DNA of 47,289 nt, counting the filler, from Catajapyx aquilonaris (Eukaryota): assembly GCA_000934665.2 (NCBI GenBank). It is 2 parts of 2 records of this genome, joined end to end, with 100 filler letters (N's around TTAATTAATTAA, not from the genome) between each part and the next. Parts side by side here need not be neighbours in the genome. Positions count along the whole stretch, not along the records: positions 1 to 23,596 come from KZ539392.1; 1 more part is not named here. One strand, written 5' to 3'. The notes beneath the pieces were generated by a model. The model was not told where the DNA came from. It ran no database searches and saw only the letters and a list, made by a program, of their open reading frames with translations. The translations under genes were made by a program, and so were the position numbers. Each line of letters starts with the position of its first letter. The first letter of the stretch is position 1. Positions 1 to 11,944 of the stretch are shown here, one piece after another.

Positions 1-94
1 TCAAAAATTCGCACTCTTCGTGACGTAAAAGACGCGAAAAAGCGAAACAGAAAATTCGCTCGCAAGTGTTTACTCGCGTATATGTGAACGCACC
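1..94. mobile_element. Right end of a PIF/Harbinger-like MITE
   Basis: Ends ATGTGAACGCACC followed by TTA (95-97), fitting a GGTGCGTTCACAT-type TIR with a TWA target site. The left end is outside the window. Confidence 0.5.
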
Positions 95-244
95 TTAGAC
101 GTGACCTTGTTCCAGCCTTGATCGATTTGCGTCAAAATGGGAAGATTGCACACATCCGTTACGACCACATTTTGTGTGAAGTTCAGGAGAGGCGTCAATG
201 GTATGCTGGAGAAAATGGTGGAAGCCAGGGGCTACCTTGGTGCA

Positions 245-1709
245 ACTCACAAGGGAAATGTAAGTGTTGTCTGTGGAGTTTCTGAATGAAACTTGGCACG
301 GCAATAATATATGCAGGTAAGTCATTAAAGAAAATGCAAACAATTTAGGCGGATGCTCAAAAGGTCAAAAGTTAGGACCTCTCAAACTCACAAGGGACAC
401 TTTCCAAGGTCTCGCCCATTTTCTTGAAATTCGGTACGTTGGTAGGCCACTCCAAGGGATGAAAAACGCACCTAAAGTGACCTGCTCAAAATGACCTGGT
501 GACCCCTTTTTGGGGGCAGAGGTCAAGTCGTAAATGCTGAAAACGAAATTCGGTGCATTAGTAGCCCCCAAAAAGGGGTCACCGGGTCATTTTGAGCAGG
601 TCACTTTAGGTGAGTTTTCATCCATTACGGGCGAAGTTTCAGATGTCGCACTCAAAAACGCAGACATTTTATTGCATGACTGGAAAGGGATAATTACTCT
701 GATTACAACGAGCTATATATTGCTAGATCGCAGCCATATTTGAAAAAGTCGCTTCATAATTTGTTCGAAAAAAATACATATATTATTTTTTCTCAAATTA
801 CGTGCCCGATTGGCGTCAAATCCGGCATATAGCTCTTGGAAAATTCAGAAGATCAAGTTCCCTCATTTGTCGTAAGCCGTAAGCATATAATAAACAGATG
901 AAATGAAGCATCGTACATTAGCACCTACAACAGTTTGTAACAATGTGTTCCAATCATGTCCGTACAACGATCACATCTTACGTATAATATGACAGTGTGG
1001 GTCTGGGATACCAATGCACCGAATTTCAAGAAATGGATGCGTTTTCGACATTTATTTTTATTTTTTAAAATTTTTACATTTTGTTTGCCCCGTGATGTCC
1101 CTTACGGGATCTATAGGGGGTGGCACACCACCATCAGTTTTCTATTATTTTTCAACTTCATTCTCCGGTGCAAGGAAACGGGGACATCGGGAAATGATAG
1201 GGATTGTTGGGGACGGGACATGGGGTGCAAGTGCAATGTCAAGCGTTGGGCCATGTGCTGTTCCCCAGGAGGTTAGGTTGCCAGACACCTCCAAGGTGCA
1301 GGTCAGAGACCCTCCCGACGCAGGCGAAAGGAACTCCCAGGTGGGGATCGAACCTGGGACCTTTCACTCAGCAAGCCGAGACGTTACCATCTCGGCCACC
1401 ACACCTCCCCAGTTTTCGGCATTTAAGAGTTGACCTCTGCCCCCCAAGAAGGGGTCACCGGGTCATTTTTAGCAGGTCACTTTAGGTGCGTTTTTCATCC
1501 CTTGGGGTGGCCTACCAATGTACCGAATTTCAAGAAAATGGGTGAGATCTTGGAAAGTGTCCCTTGTGAGTTGGAGAGATCATAACCTTTGACCTTGTGG
1601 GCATTCGCCTAAATTGTTTGCATTTTGTTTAATAACTCACCTGCCTATATTATTGTGCCAAGTTTCATTCAGAAACTCCACGGACAACACTTACACTTCC
1701 CTTGTCAGC
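245..1709. mobile_element. Long fold-back non-autonomous DNA element, copy 1 (ACTCACAAGGG...CCCTTGTCAGC)
   Basis: Inverted arms of about 300 bp (245-~560 vs ~1010-1709), flanked by a CA/CA duplication. Same family as 7465-8051 and carries a SINE insertion. Confidence 0.85.
1055..1411 (-). mobile_element. tRNA-derived SINE
   Basis: Minus strand has A box TGGCCGAGATGG, B box GGTTCGATCC and an A-rich tail. TSD gttttcg(a/g)cattta at 1041-1054 and 1412-1425. Confidence 0.8.
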
Positions 1710-2017
1710 CAGGCAGCACAGCATCCGAGAGAAGCATATCAGAGAAGCGTTTGCCCTCAGAATCTCCACCGGAAAGTGTACTTCCCCCAGCAGAGAAGCC
1801 CCCTTCACAGAAATCAAGCTAAGAAGAAGCGGCAAGGTACCCCTGGACTTACGGTACAATGTTTTGGGCAGTAAGTAGTTGGCACAAAGAAAACTTTAGG
1901 ATGCTGATACAGATTTGGAGATTTGAATAAGGAATCTCATCGACAACAGCAGCCGGTATGAAAAACTATTGAATTGTTAATTAACAAATAATAATAATAA
2001 CAGAAACATCAATTATC

Positions 2018-2169
2018 ATCAAGGGGGTAATCACTCGACTGAAAAGTGTACACTGGAGTACCAAATTCAAGGAGTGCCACGGAGTAATAAAGAGTGAGGT
2101 GCCTGAGGAGTACCAGGGAGTACCACTCCCAGGTGTACACCAGAGTACCGAAGTGATTACCCCCTTGAT
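2018..2169. mobile_element. Small MITE with 18-bp TIR and 4-bp TSD
   Basis: TIR ATCAAGGGGGTAATCACT / AGTGATTACCCCCTTGAT with TATC on both sides. Confidence 0.75.
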
Positions 2170-2547
2170 TATCATGTCAGCCTGGTAGGGGGTTCGAGAA
2201 GGGGCACCTGTCTTCAAAGGAGTGTGGAGGCCCGAAAAGGTTGGGAATCCCAGTGCAACTCGTGGTGCAACTTGACTGATGAAGTGTGTAGTGAAAGAGG
2301 TCAAGTGCAGTGGCGAACGCGCTTGCCCAGCCATGGCTGATTGCTCTTTGACTCCCCTAGCTGGCTACCTACTCCCCCTCATTTTTCAGCTGATTGGGTA
2401 CCGCTTCCTTCTTCCTCTTGCAGGCCGACCCATGCGGAGTTGAGCAGCATCTCTCACTGGGAGCACTCTAGCAATAGAACGTTCTCGGCTTCACACGGTC
2501 TCACTTTTAAAAAACTTCTTTCTTCATTTCTTTAGGATCCATTCAAA

Positions 2548-2550
2548 ATG
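2548..2550 (+). CDS. Candidate ATG-only first coding exon of the alpha-tubulin gene
   Basis: tcaaaATG followed directly by a consensus donor GTGAGT, with an inverted CCAAT (ctgattgg, ~2390) upstream. Alpha-tubulins commonly have an intron right after the ATG, and the join to 20250 gives MREC. Confidence 0.5.
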
Positions 2551-2668
2551 GTGAGTCACTTTTGTATCTTTCACTCTTAAAACTTAGTTACTGATCGGGG
2601 AAGGCATATCACAGTAATCATATCGGTAATTATCCCCTCTACTTAGGACTTCTACTGAATATGACTAC

Positions 2669-2968
2669 ACACTGTACTGTCTGTACTCCCGATTATGCGC
2701 GCTAATGGCTGCACGAGTGTCACCGGATAATCGGAAAATATCCTAGATACCGTAAAAGATGAGCTATTCACAGGTTTAAAATTAACGACTGCACATACTG
2801 TATTCTGATTTGAATCAGATTTAATCATAATTTATTCGAAAAATTTCCGTACATATTTAGTTTGTCTTCTGGAAAAAGTCTGTTACCGCATATTTGCCAT
2901 TTTTCGTGCATTTTTGAATTTTTTGAGATACACGGATAATACGCACCCGGATAATCGGGAGTATAGTG
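2669..2968. mobile_element. pogo/Tigger-like MITE
   Basis: Imperfect TIR tactcccgattat / ataatcgggagta, ending at TA, with repeated cggataa motifs. Confidence 0.6.
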
Positions 2969-3244
2969 TATTTGATTGGTACTTGCACATGATAAAGTAC
3001 ACGACAACATACCGCTGCATTGCATTGTGGTGAATTTTTCACCAGTTGAGATCGGTTTAGATCGATCAGACAGTTTGAGAACCATCGGCATAATCCAAAA
3101 ATAGCTAATTGAATAGGCAAGACCTATGGGCAAGACGAAGAGTGACCAAACTCCCAAAAAATGCGAAATGCATTTTATGGTCGATCCATACAGTAGGGTA
3201 AACCACACAGTGACGGCCAGTTTAGCGTATTGGTCTCAGTAATA

Positions 3245-3872
3245 CCGTCAAACGGGGTGACGTAGCGTAGGCCGCCAGGGTGAACTTGGCCAAAATCCCG
3301 AAAATGTCATTAATGAATATTTAAGGTTACACGTGTTATAAAAATGGGACTTTCAATCACATCATGCCATTAGGGCAGCGCTTAGGATGTTGTACACCAA
3401 AAAATTAACCCGTGCCGGTATAGGTGAGCAAGGAAATAAAAAGGCCACCCCATAAAACCACCAAATTTTCATAATGTGCAAACTTTATTTTGCAAAAGAA
3501 ATTGAGAAGCAATGGTATTGACCATTTATAAAGAGATGAAGGTGAACATTTCCAGTGGTGGTAATATGTGTATTACAGCTTATGCATATCGTTCCTTAAA
3601 AACACATTAAAAATATTCCTAACAGAACTCGTTTCCCACAGTGCATTTGTAAGGGGAAAATTAGATGGCCAAGTCCACCCTCACCGGTTGGGGTGGTGGA
3701 CTTGGCCATGACATCATAAATTTTCGTACGCACCATTGTGCACAGAAAAATTTCTCCCTTTTGGCCAGCGTGGTCTAACATCTAATAAAAATATTCACAG
3801 TTGTGGGTAAATATCTTCACACTTATATCTTTGTAAAACGGAAATTTGGACCAAGTTCACCCCGTTTGATCG
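3245..3872. mobile_element. Tc1/mariner-pogo-type MITE
   Basis: TA|CCGTCAAACGGGGTGA ... TCACCCCGTTTGATCG|TA. Confidence 0.75.
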
Positions 3873-4378
3873 TACATCTCACCTTTTCTTTCTACGTAGA
3901 TGTTCTAAAATATTTTTCTAATAACTGAGGTTGTCCCCGTTCACACTGCATCAAATTTACTCAAATCTGTCAGAATGTGTATATTATATATATTTAAATG
4001 CACGAAATAGCGTACATTACTTAAAAGACAATAATGATAGTAATGGCCAGGTGTCAAGATAGTGATGGCCACGGAAGCAAAACAATATGCTATCTACAGT
4101 ATAGGGACCAGAGTAGGGACCCCATCGGTATTAGGAAGGTAGGCCTAACTGATAGGAGATAAAGCCAGCACACAAAAGCCTATACAGGTTGTAAGAAAAT
4201 ATCACTGATTATTTTATTTTGCAAGTTCTGTATTCGTCCCATACAAGAATAGGCTTTGGCCGTTACACACAATAAGACAGGCCTATGGATTTGCTATTGC
4301 TGCATATTTCCTCCTAAATCACTGCTGTCATTTCTCTCCAAGAATAACTCGCGTGATCATGACAATAATAATAATAAT

Positions 4379-4686
4379 GGGAGGCATGGTGGTCTAGTGG
4401 TTACGCCGCTGGCCAGCCAAGCGGGAGGCCGGGGTTCAAATCCCGTCCCCGTCACCTCTGCTTGGCCGGGTCTTTTTCCGCTTTTCACCCGACATGCCGG
4501 AGCAGAATTGCACTCCCTTCTCTGCTCGGGGCCAGGAGAAAAGGTCTGGTGTTTAAGAGGGTCTGCAATGACTAGAAACTACATGAGAGCGCCCTCCCTT
4601 GGGAAGCTACCCTTCCCCATACGCCCGTGGACCAGGGCGTTGCGACGAAAAAAAAACTGTATGTAAAAAATTGCAAAATAAATAAA
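4379..4686 (+). mobile_element. tRNA-derived SINE (same family as 6082-6382)
   Basis: A box TGGTCTAGTGG, B box GGTTCAAATCC, A-rich tail. Body closely matches the reverse complement of 6082-6382. Confidence 0.85.
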
Positions 4687-4724
4687 GGTCCGTGCAATAC
4701 CTCGAATGAGGTCCGCACTACCCA

Positions 4725-4739
4725 ATTATTATTATTATT

Positions 4740-4802
<63 letters not shown>
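4725..4802. repeat. (ATT)n-(AAT)n compound microsatellite
   Basis: Direct reading: ATT repeats switch to AAT repeats near 4741. Confidence 0.95.
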
Positions 4803-6081
4803 TTACGTCTTGGGAGATTATCCCTTTGGACGGAGAGGGCTGTGTAGTATGATACAGTATGTGTCAATGAAAAAGAAAGGAGGCAAAAGGAACTCTCTAC
4901 ATTGGTATTAAAACACTTGGACAGTCTTGGTAACAAATCAATCCTGCTAAAGTTGTTGACATCACTTTTAAACTACTGTCAATTAGTACAAAACAAGGAG
5001 ATAAATGGCAGTGGGTGTAATTGAGAATCGATGCACAGGTTTACATTCCAGGCATGTGATCATGCAGTAAAACTTCTATAAGTCGAACTTCCCTAAGTCA
5101 ACCTAGGTACGCGCCTGCTCGAAGTTCTCCATAACTCGAAGTACAGGCAGGGCCTTACGATGGGATATCAATGCATTTTCAGTCTCCCTAAGTCCAAGTT
5201 CATGTTGGCGAGTACGGAAAATTGTCTCATTTCCCAGCCGAAGGGTCGAGAGTATAGGCCACATGTACAGAAAGGCTCAATTTCCTGATCTCCGTCTACC
5301 AGACGTACCGAAAGAAGTGTTTGACTCGATTGTGACAATTGAATCCTTGAATCTAAGAGTTGGCAAATGTACATATCGGAGATTTTTTTTCAACAAAACA
5401 ATGAGGAACATTGTAAGTGTGCTAGTGACAGTTATTTTTAAATTTTGAACACCTTTCGTTAGCTGGATATAAGGGTAGGTTTTCTATAGAGTTATGTGCT
5501 TAAAAATTGGGTTACTTTGCATCTGGAACTTCCGCATTTGTCAGAGGAGGTCCGTACCTTTGTTCAGAGTCTTTCTTCTCCAGATGATGATATTGTGACA
5601 TCTGATAAGGAAAATATATGATTGTTGTATCAATGATTCCGAGCCAATATTTGCGGGTGTGAAAAAAGGGTCATTTATGTCAATAACGCTGGCAAGACGA
5701 ATAACGACCCAACTTCATTGCCTACAAACATTTCCTGCACCTTGTGTAACACATGTTTTGTTACAAACCAAATATTATATGAACTTGCACGTAGTATTTG
5801 TCGAAAATTACACAGTATATCAATGTATCCTAAACATCATGGTTCCTGCACGGTTTTTATGGTCTCCTGAAACGTTTGCTTCACTGGAGTTGGGTCACTC
5901 TTCGTCTTGCCTATTCAATATACGTAGTATTGTTGTTGTTACTTTGCCTGTTTTGCTTATTTGTACTGTAGTCTATGTTATCAATCATTCGCATTAACAA
6001 GTCCAAATTGAATCTACAAGCTATTTAGTTAAAATATAATTTAAGACCAAGTACAGAACTTCTGGTGTCAGCTAATAGCAG

Positions 6082-6382
6082 ATTTTTTATGTATTTTTTA
6101 TTTTTTATTATTTTTAACCCCGTGATAGGGCGGGGCCCTTTTAGGGGGGAAGGGGGAGGTTCCCAATGGAGGGCCCTGTAATTATAGTCATTCCTGACTT
6201 TCTGAAATACACCAGACCTTTTCTCCTGGCTCTGGGCAGAGTAGGGAGTGCAATTCTGTCCCGGCATCTCGAGTGAAAAGCGGAAAAAGACCCTACCAAG
6301 CAGAGGTGACGGGGACGCGATTTGAACCCCGGCCTCTCGCTTGGCTGGCCAGTGGCGTAACCACCAGACCACCATGCCTCCC
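6082..6382 (-). mobile_element. tRNA-derived SINE
   Basis: Inverted copy of 4379-4686. TSD tcagctaa at 6068-6075 and 6383-6390. Confidence 0.85.
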
Positions 6383-6399
6383 TCAGCTAACAACAATTA

Positions 6400-6507
6400 A
6401 TAGCAGCAACTGGACCCATTTAGTCGTGCACGAGATGAAGGGAGTAGACCTCGGGCTGGGATCGAACCCGGGGCCCGAACGTTACCGCAGCGCCACTCCT
6501 CCTCCCC
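6400..6507 (-). mobile_element. tRNA-like SINE head fragment
   Basis: Minus strand has TGGCGCTGCGG (A box) and GGTTCGATCCC (B box). Confidence 0.55.
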
Positions 6508-6859
6508 TAAATTAAACACATTTAACATTATGGAAAAATTTATCCCATTAGATCTGGCTTGTTTTGCGCACAAACTTGGATCTAGCTGCTTTTTCATGAA
6601 CAAAACGTAGGGTAAGTTTGGGTAAGTGCGTGACTACAATGCCCCAGTCCAGGGGGTGACGGATAATCGGGGTTCGACTGTCTAATGAAAAGCCGACTCT
6701 TCGTCTTTCGGACACGTTTCTTTTGGAAGGATTTTAGTAATGGACCACCGTCATATGAACAAGGTTTCGGAACCCAGGGACCGTATCACAGGCTCACAGC
6801 TAAAAAGCTACAATAGCAATAACGCCTTCGAGTACCAGATTTTGTTCACTCGAACCAAA

Positions 6860-7262
6860 ACAGGATTAGCAAATCACGCGAGCGCGATTCGAGTAGACTT
6901 TTCTCATTGGCCAGTGGGAAATGAGACCGATAACTTTGTTGAATATGATACGATACCAGCATACCACACGATACGATATCACACGATGCGATCCTAACTG
7001 GACAACAGTGACATAGAACGTTGTCAGTCTCATTTTCCGTTGCTAATAAACCCAAGAGTTAATTTATACGTTGTAGACTTGACCTTGGCGGATAGAGTGA
7101 ACCAGAAAACCGGAAGTGGCAGGTAACCGGAAGTTATCCGTGAAACCTACTTAGGGTCCTCTGAATCCGATTCTGCTATCTCCTGCAGCTTAGGTCCTCA
7201 TACCTGTCCACGGACGGACGGACAGAGCCATTCTATAAGAATTTCCGATGAGAAAAAGTCTA
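6860..7262 (-). mobile_element. HINE/DINE-1-like non-autonomous Helentron
   Basis: Sub-terminal inverted repeats tagacttttctcat / atgagaaaaagtcta, (GACG)n microsatellite and a terminal stem-loop. Closely similar to 30198-30571. Confidence 0.75.
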
Positions 7263-7464
7263 GCGCAGTTGAATCCGGATATAACAGCCTCGGCTATAAC
7301 TGACTTTCAGTTATAACAGACTCGAAAGGCCGGTCCCGCCATACTTCCATAAGGCTCTGTGTACATTTTTACTTGTGATAAAACAGACTCATTTTCACCT
7401 CACCTCGGCTATAACAGACATTTCTTGGCCCGCGCCGCGGTTGGAAAATATGCTGCTTTTGATT

Positions 7465-8051
7465 ACTCACAAGGGAAGTGTAAGTGTTGCCAGTGGAGTT
7501 TCTGAATGCAACTTGGCACAATAATATAGGCAGGTAAGTTATTAAAGAAAATGCAAATAATTTAGGCGGATGCCCACAAGGTCATAAGTTATGACCTCTC
7601 GAACTCACAAGGGACACTTTCCAAGGTCTCACCGATTTTCTTGAAATTCGGTACATTGGTAGCCCACCCCAAGGGATGAAAAACGCACATAAAGTGGCCT
7701 GCTCAAAATGACCCGGTGACCCCTTTTTGGGGGCTACCAATGCACCGAATTTCGTTTTCGGCATTTAAGACTTGACCTCTGTCCCCCAAAAAGGGGTCAC
7801 CGGGTCATTTTGAGCAGGTAACTTTATGTGCGTTTTTCATCCCTTGGGGTGGGCTACCAATGTACCGAATTTCAAGAAAATCGGTGAGACCTTGGAAAGT
7901 GTTCCTTGTGAGTTCGAGAGGTCATAACTTTTGACCTTGTGGGCATCCGCCTAAATTGTTTGCATTTTCTTTAATAACTTACCTGCCTATATTATTGTGC
8001 CAAGTTGCATTCAGAAACTCCACTGACAACACTTACACTTCCCTTGTCAGC
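7465..8051. mobile_element. Long fold-back non-autonomous DNA element, copy 2
   Basis: Near-perfect palindrome of about 585 bp with the same termini as 245-1709, flanked by TT/TT. Confidence 0.9.
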
Positions 8052-8552
8052 TTCCTTTCCCACGCACAGGAAGGCACTGCATACGTACATGATGTTCAAA
8101 TTGAAATGTCCGTAAAGGTTATAGATTTTTGTGTTAAGCTACTTATTTTAATCAGCTAATTTGTATATGAGTTTTTAAAACTTAGGTCTTAGAGGATATT
8201 TTAAAAGCTGCTATAGTTTTCGTGAACACAGTGTGAGATTATCGCCCTCCTGCGGAGTCTCTGCTAGCAAATGCTTGATTGTGCTAGTCAGGATTCTCCA
8301 GTAAGCTTTCTCGTGGTTACCTGGGTCATTGCAACTGGAACACACTGTATACAATTAACTGGCACCTCAGGTATATTATGAATATTGTAGGACATTAATA
8401 GTGTAAGACAACCTCTTCACTTCAAATTAAATTGAACTGGATGCAAAAATATGTTACTTTGCATATGACAAAAATATTTCTTGCATTTAGAACAGGGTGC
8501 CGGTATATTAAGACCAGCCCACGGACACTACCCCTACAGTCTGATCTTATCA

Positions 8553-8838
8553 CCTGCCGGGGCGTTTTGCATGGGGTTCTCACCTGAGAGCGCCATGAGA
8601 CCTCTCCGTGCTGGATCATGTGGCGACCCTACCGGACTACGCTGAACTTTATGGGTATAAAAGAGAAGCGCTACATTGGGGGACCCAACATGGTCGCCGG
8701 CGGCCATGTTGGGCCCGCATGTAACGGCTTCCCTTCTACCTTAGTTCAGCGTAGTCCGGTAGGGTCGCCATATGATCCAGCACCGAGAGGCCTCATGGCG
8801 CTCTCAGGTGAGCACCCCATGCAAAACGCCCCGGCAGG
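8553..8838. mobile_element. GC-rich palindromic MITE-like element
   Basis: Inverted arms of about 95 bp plus a central hairpin cccaacatggtcgcc/ggcggccatgttggg. A weaker outer inverted repeat spans ~8486-8897. Confidence 0.8.
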
Positions 8839-11243
8839 GGGTAGATGGGAGTTGGGTGGGAGTGACCTAACATGAGTAGGCCTACCGGCATTCTAAAACC
8901 ATGATTAAGAGCATGATGACAGATAATAATTTATTCAGCTTGTCTACTATGCCTATTTAAAGTCCACAGAGCATGCTATTCAAAGGCGCGGCGGTGCTGA
9001 CCCACTTCTGCCTTATGAGCTTCATTGAGGAGTAACTACAATGTGGCGTACTGTACAGTACAGTACAATATCAAATTTTGTTCGTCCGGCTCCGTTAGAC
9101 TTGCTGCAACCTATAGTAAAATGCTCTAATGCAACTGGACGTGAAAATCAGACCTCTCTCCCACTGAAGTTACGATTTTTCGACAAGGATGGCAGTATTA
9201 TCAACGTGCATGTGTCCAACTTGAAGCAAATACACTTCCAGCTTCTAAAATAGGGTAATTGAAGACCTATAGTATAAAAGGTAGTAAGTGACAAAAATGC
9301 GAGAATGGAGATATGCAGTAAAAACAGAAGTAAATGCCAAGGGCAATATTGTAAAATAGGCATCAAGTGCCAGAAGCAACCCGTAGTAGTTTTTCTTGCA
9401 GTCAATAGAATGTTATTTCATATGTCACCCCATAGTGATGCCAGGAGAAAAACATTATTTTCTCCATTCTCCCAAAATGGCACTTACAACCTTTTTTACT
9501 ATAGGTCTTCAATTGTTTTGTCCATTATAGTTCCCAGATAATGTCATGCTTGCATGTCACCCCGCCAGTTCATCGGTCCATTGTTGTTAAACAGAATTAC
9601 GTTTAATCACACACTTCGGGCCAGTTGTATGAAAGGAAATTATGGGAAATATAATTATTATGCCTAGGTATTCACTCAATCTGACAAAAAACGAAGGTTT
9701 TGTCCATAATTTGAATTGATACAACCATCCTTATAGGTCTACATAATTTAACGTAAGCTGATTTTGATTGTATGAGAGTGGATGTAGGAGCTTTAGGCTC
9801 AGGATAAATGCCACATGCAAAATGACCGATAAAGCCAGTGAAATCTCCAATTGTGGCTTTATAGCAACTGTAGTGCACGAATTAATGTACCTCTCATGCT
9901 ATAGAGTATAGACTATAGAGTATAGAGTCTACAGATGATCGTATAAAAAATAAAACATTGGGTGGAAATGTGGAATTTTCGTCCCACTGATAGTCACTGC
10001 TAACTTAGCAGTACCAGTGTTGGCAATAATTGTATACTGATAAGTTAGCAGTGACCATCAGTGAGACGAGAATTCCCCCCATTGCCACTACCATTGCAAT
10101 TATTAATGACTGTTAAATGCTTAACGATAAGGTGTGATGAATACAGTTTGGACCTAAGGACAGTGGCATGTCGGAAATCAATATTGAAAGTTCTACTATA
10201 TTGCCTAAGATTTAGATTAACACACATGATTGCTTTTCCTAGATTTCCTTCTTTTCTCCGAACTGACAAGCATTGAGTATTCCCTAACAGACTGATTTTT
10301 CTGCTGCCAGTAGGGTACATTCAGTCCTCTTATAAATAAATAATATAAATTGATTCACGAGTATTATGGGAGGCTTTGCGGCTTCCTAGCCCATATGGGT
10401 ACTACGAATGCGCCCACTTATTCCTCATAGATTCGTAACCATGGGAAACAGGGGAAACAAAACGGCAGGCATTGCGTGAGTTCCTGTTGGATTTCATACG
10501 TCAATCGTATTCAGTGTGTCAGTCCAAGTGGCAGAAAACAGTGTCTTGTTGTGGGCAAACGGGAGAGAATATTGTAGAAGAGAACAATTATGTCCACCAT
10601 GGATCATAGACCAAAGCACGTAAGTGTCACGTCAACAAAAACTGTCAAAAATAAACTCAACTGTTATGTTGTATATGCAAGTCACTGGAGGCTCTAACAG
10701 CATCAACTCTGTTCCTAAACAAAAATAATTCTTATGCTACTGGAAACTCGATGGTGTCGGACCTGATGGACTATACACAACACAATGTACAGAGTTAGGA
10801 AATTTAATGTATTATCTCTTTGGGAAATGATAGAGGGGTTCTAGGCGATCACTTTGAGGTCTCCGACGCATAGTTACCGAGATAATTAGCATTAAATAAA
10901 AAGTGCCTTGTGCTAGAAGCACATTATGTCGGAAACTACGCGTCGGAGACCCATAGACTATGTTGCAGATATACTCAAAGTGATCGCCTAGAACCCATAT
11001 ATCATTTCCCAAAGCGACTGTAGGTTAAATTTCCGAACCCTGTATTATTATTAGACCTGGAACTTAATACAAATGAACACTTCTTTATGTACCTTTATGT
11101 AGGACTACATATGATTTTGTAGAATATATTTTGGTATTTATTTTGCATTTTATAGGGAGACATGGTGGCGTAGTGGTTAGCGCCACAGCCTTCCACCTCT
11201 AAGGTCCCGAGTTAGATCCCCGGGTCGGACGGAGGATACATAT

Positions 11244-11944
11244 GGGGTCGTCCATATACCACGTGACCGTTTTGGGGGAAGGGGGGGAGGGTCTGCTGAT
11301 ATACCACGGGNNNNNNNNNNNNNNNNNNNNNNGGGTCGGCGAAAAGTCATGTGGTATCTCTGAGCACAGTGAATTGGCACATATGGGAGCTTTTGCAGAT
11401 GCAGATGGGTTCAAAATAACCTAAAAATCGAAATCAGCGACCCCGAAAACATGGGGAGACATGTTTTTTACGTGCTTAACCCTTAACTGGTGACCTGGGG
11501 TCTTTTAAGACCCCAGGTGCAATTTTTTTGTTATGAAAATATTGCATGGTTAGGATATGATTTTTTTAAATTCCGTTCTACGGCAGCTAGAGAGTTGAAA
11601 ATTAAACCAAATTGTAGAAAACAGTTGCAGGTGTTGTGTAAAAGAATTAAAAAGCAAATATCTATCATTAAAGGCAATTTATATTTAAAAAAATCCCCTG
11701 GGGTCTTAAAAGACCTCAGGTCACAGTCAGTGTTAGGATTTTCCAGGTCACTAGTTAAGTGTTAAACAGTTTAGGTGAGGAGCTATCAATTTCGATCGCG
11801 TTTTTTCTGATAACATTGTCATTTTTAAAAAACCACGTGAAAAAAAGGGGGGGGGGGTTCCAATGGATACCACGGTTGGTCACTGGGGGGGAGGGGGGGT
11901 CAAAAAGTGCCCTAAAATCGGTCACGTGGTATATGGACGACCCC
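11244..11944. mobile_element. MITE with 3-bp TSD (Zator/Harbinger-like)
   Basis: TAT|GGGGTCGTCCATATACCACGTGACCG ... CGGTCACGTGGTATATGGACGACCCC|TAT. Contains a 22-N gap. Confidence 0.85.
11480..11761. mobile_element. piggyBac-like TTAA MITE
   Basis: TTAA|CCCTTAACTGGTGACCTG ... CAGGTCACTAGTTAAGTG|TTAA with internal GGGGTC..GACCCC palindromes. Confidence 0.8.

Larger units (their letters stand above)
97..1874 (+). pseudogene. LINE ORF1 C-terminal remnant, split by the element at 245-1709
   Basis: From 97 it reads RRDLVPALIDLRQNGKIAHIRYDHIL, resembling the R..L.P.L...R..GK.A...YD.L C-terminal motif of LINE ORF1 proteins. The frame stays open to 1874 once 245-1709 and one duplicated CA are removed. 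Confidence 0.5.

Noticed and set aside
4379..4450. tRNA genes here and at ~1340, 6450, 11160, 15480, 16300 and 18960
   Set aside because: A/B boxes are present, but I could not build full cloverleaves, and several continue into shared SINE bodies or have TSDs.
4627..4936. Poly-Ile and poly-Leu ORFs resembling membrane proteins
   Set aside because: They are translations of the (AAT)n microsatellite.
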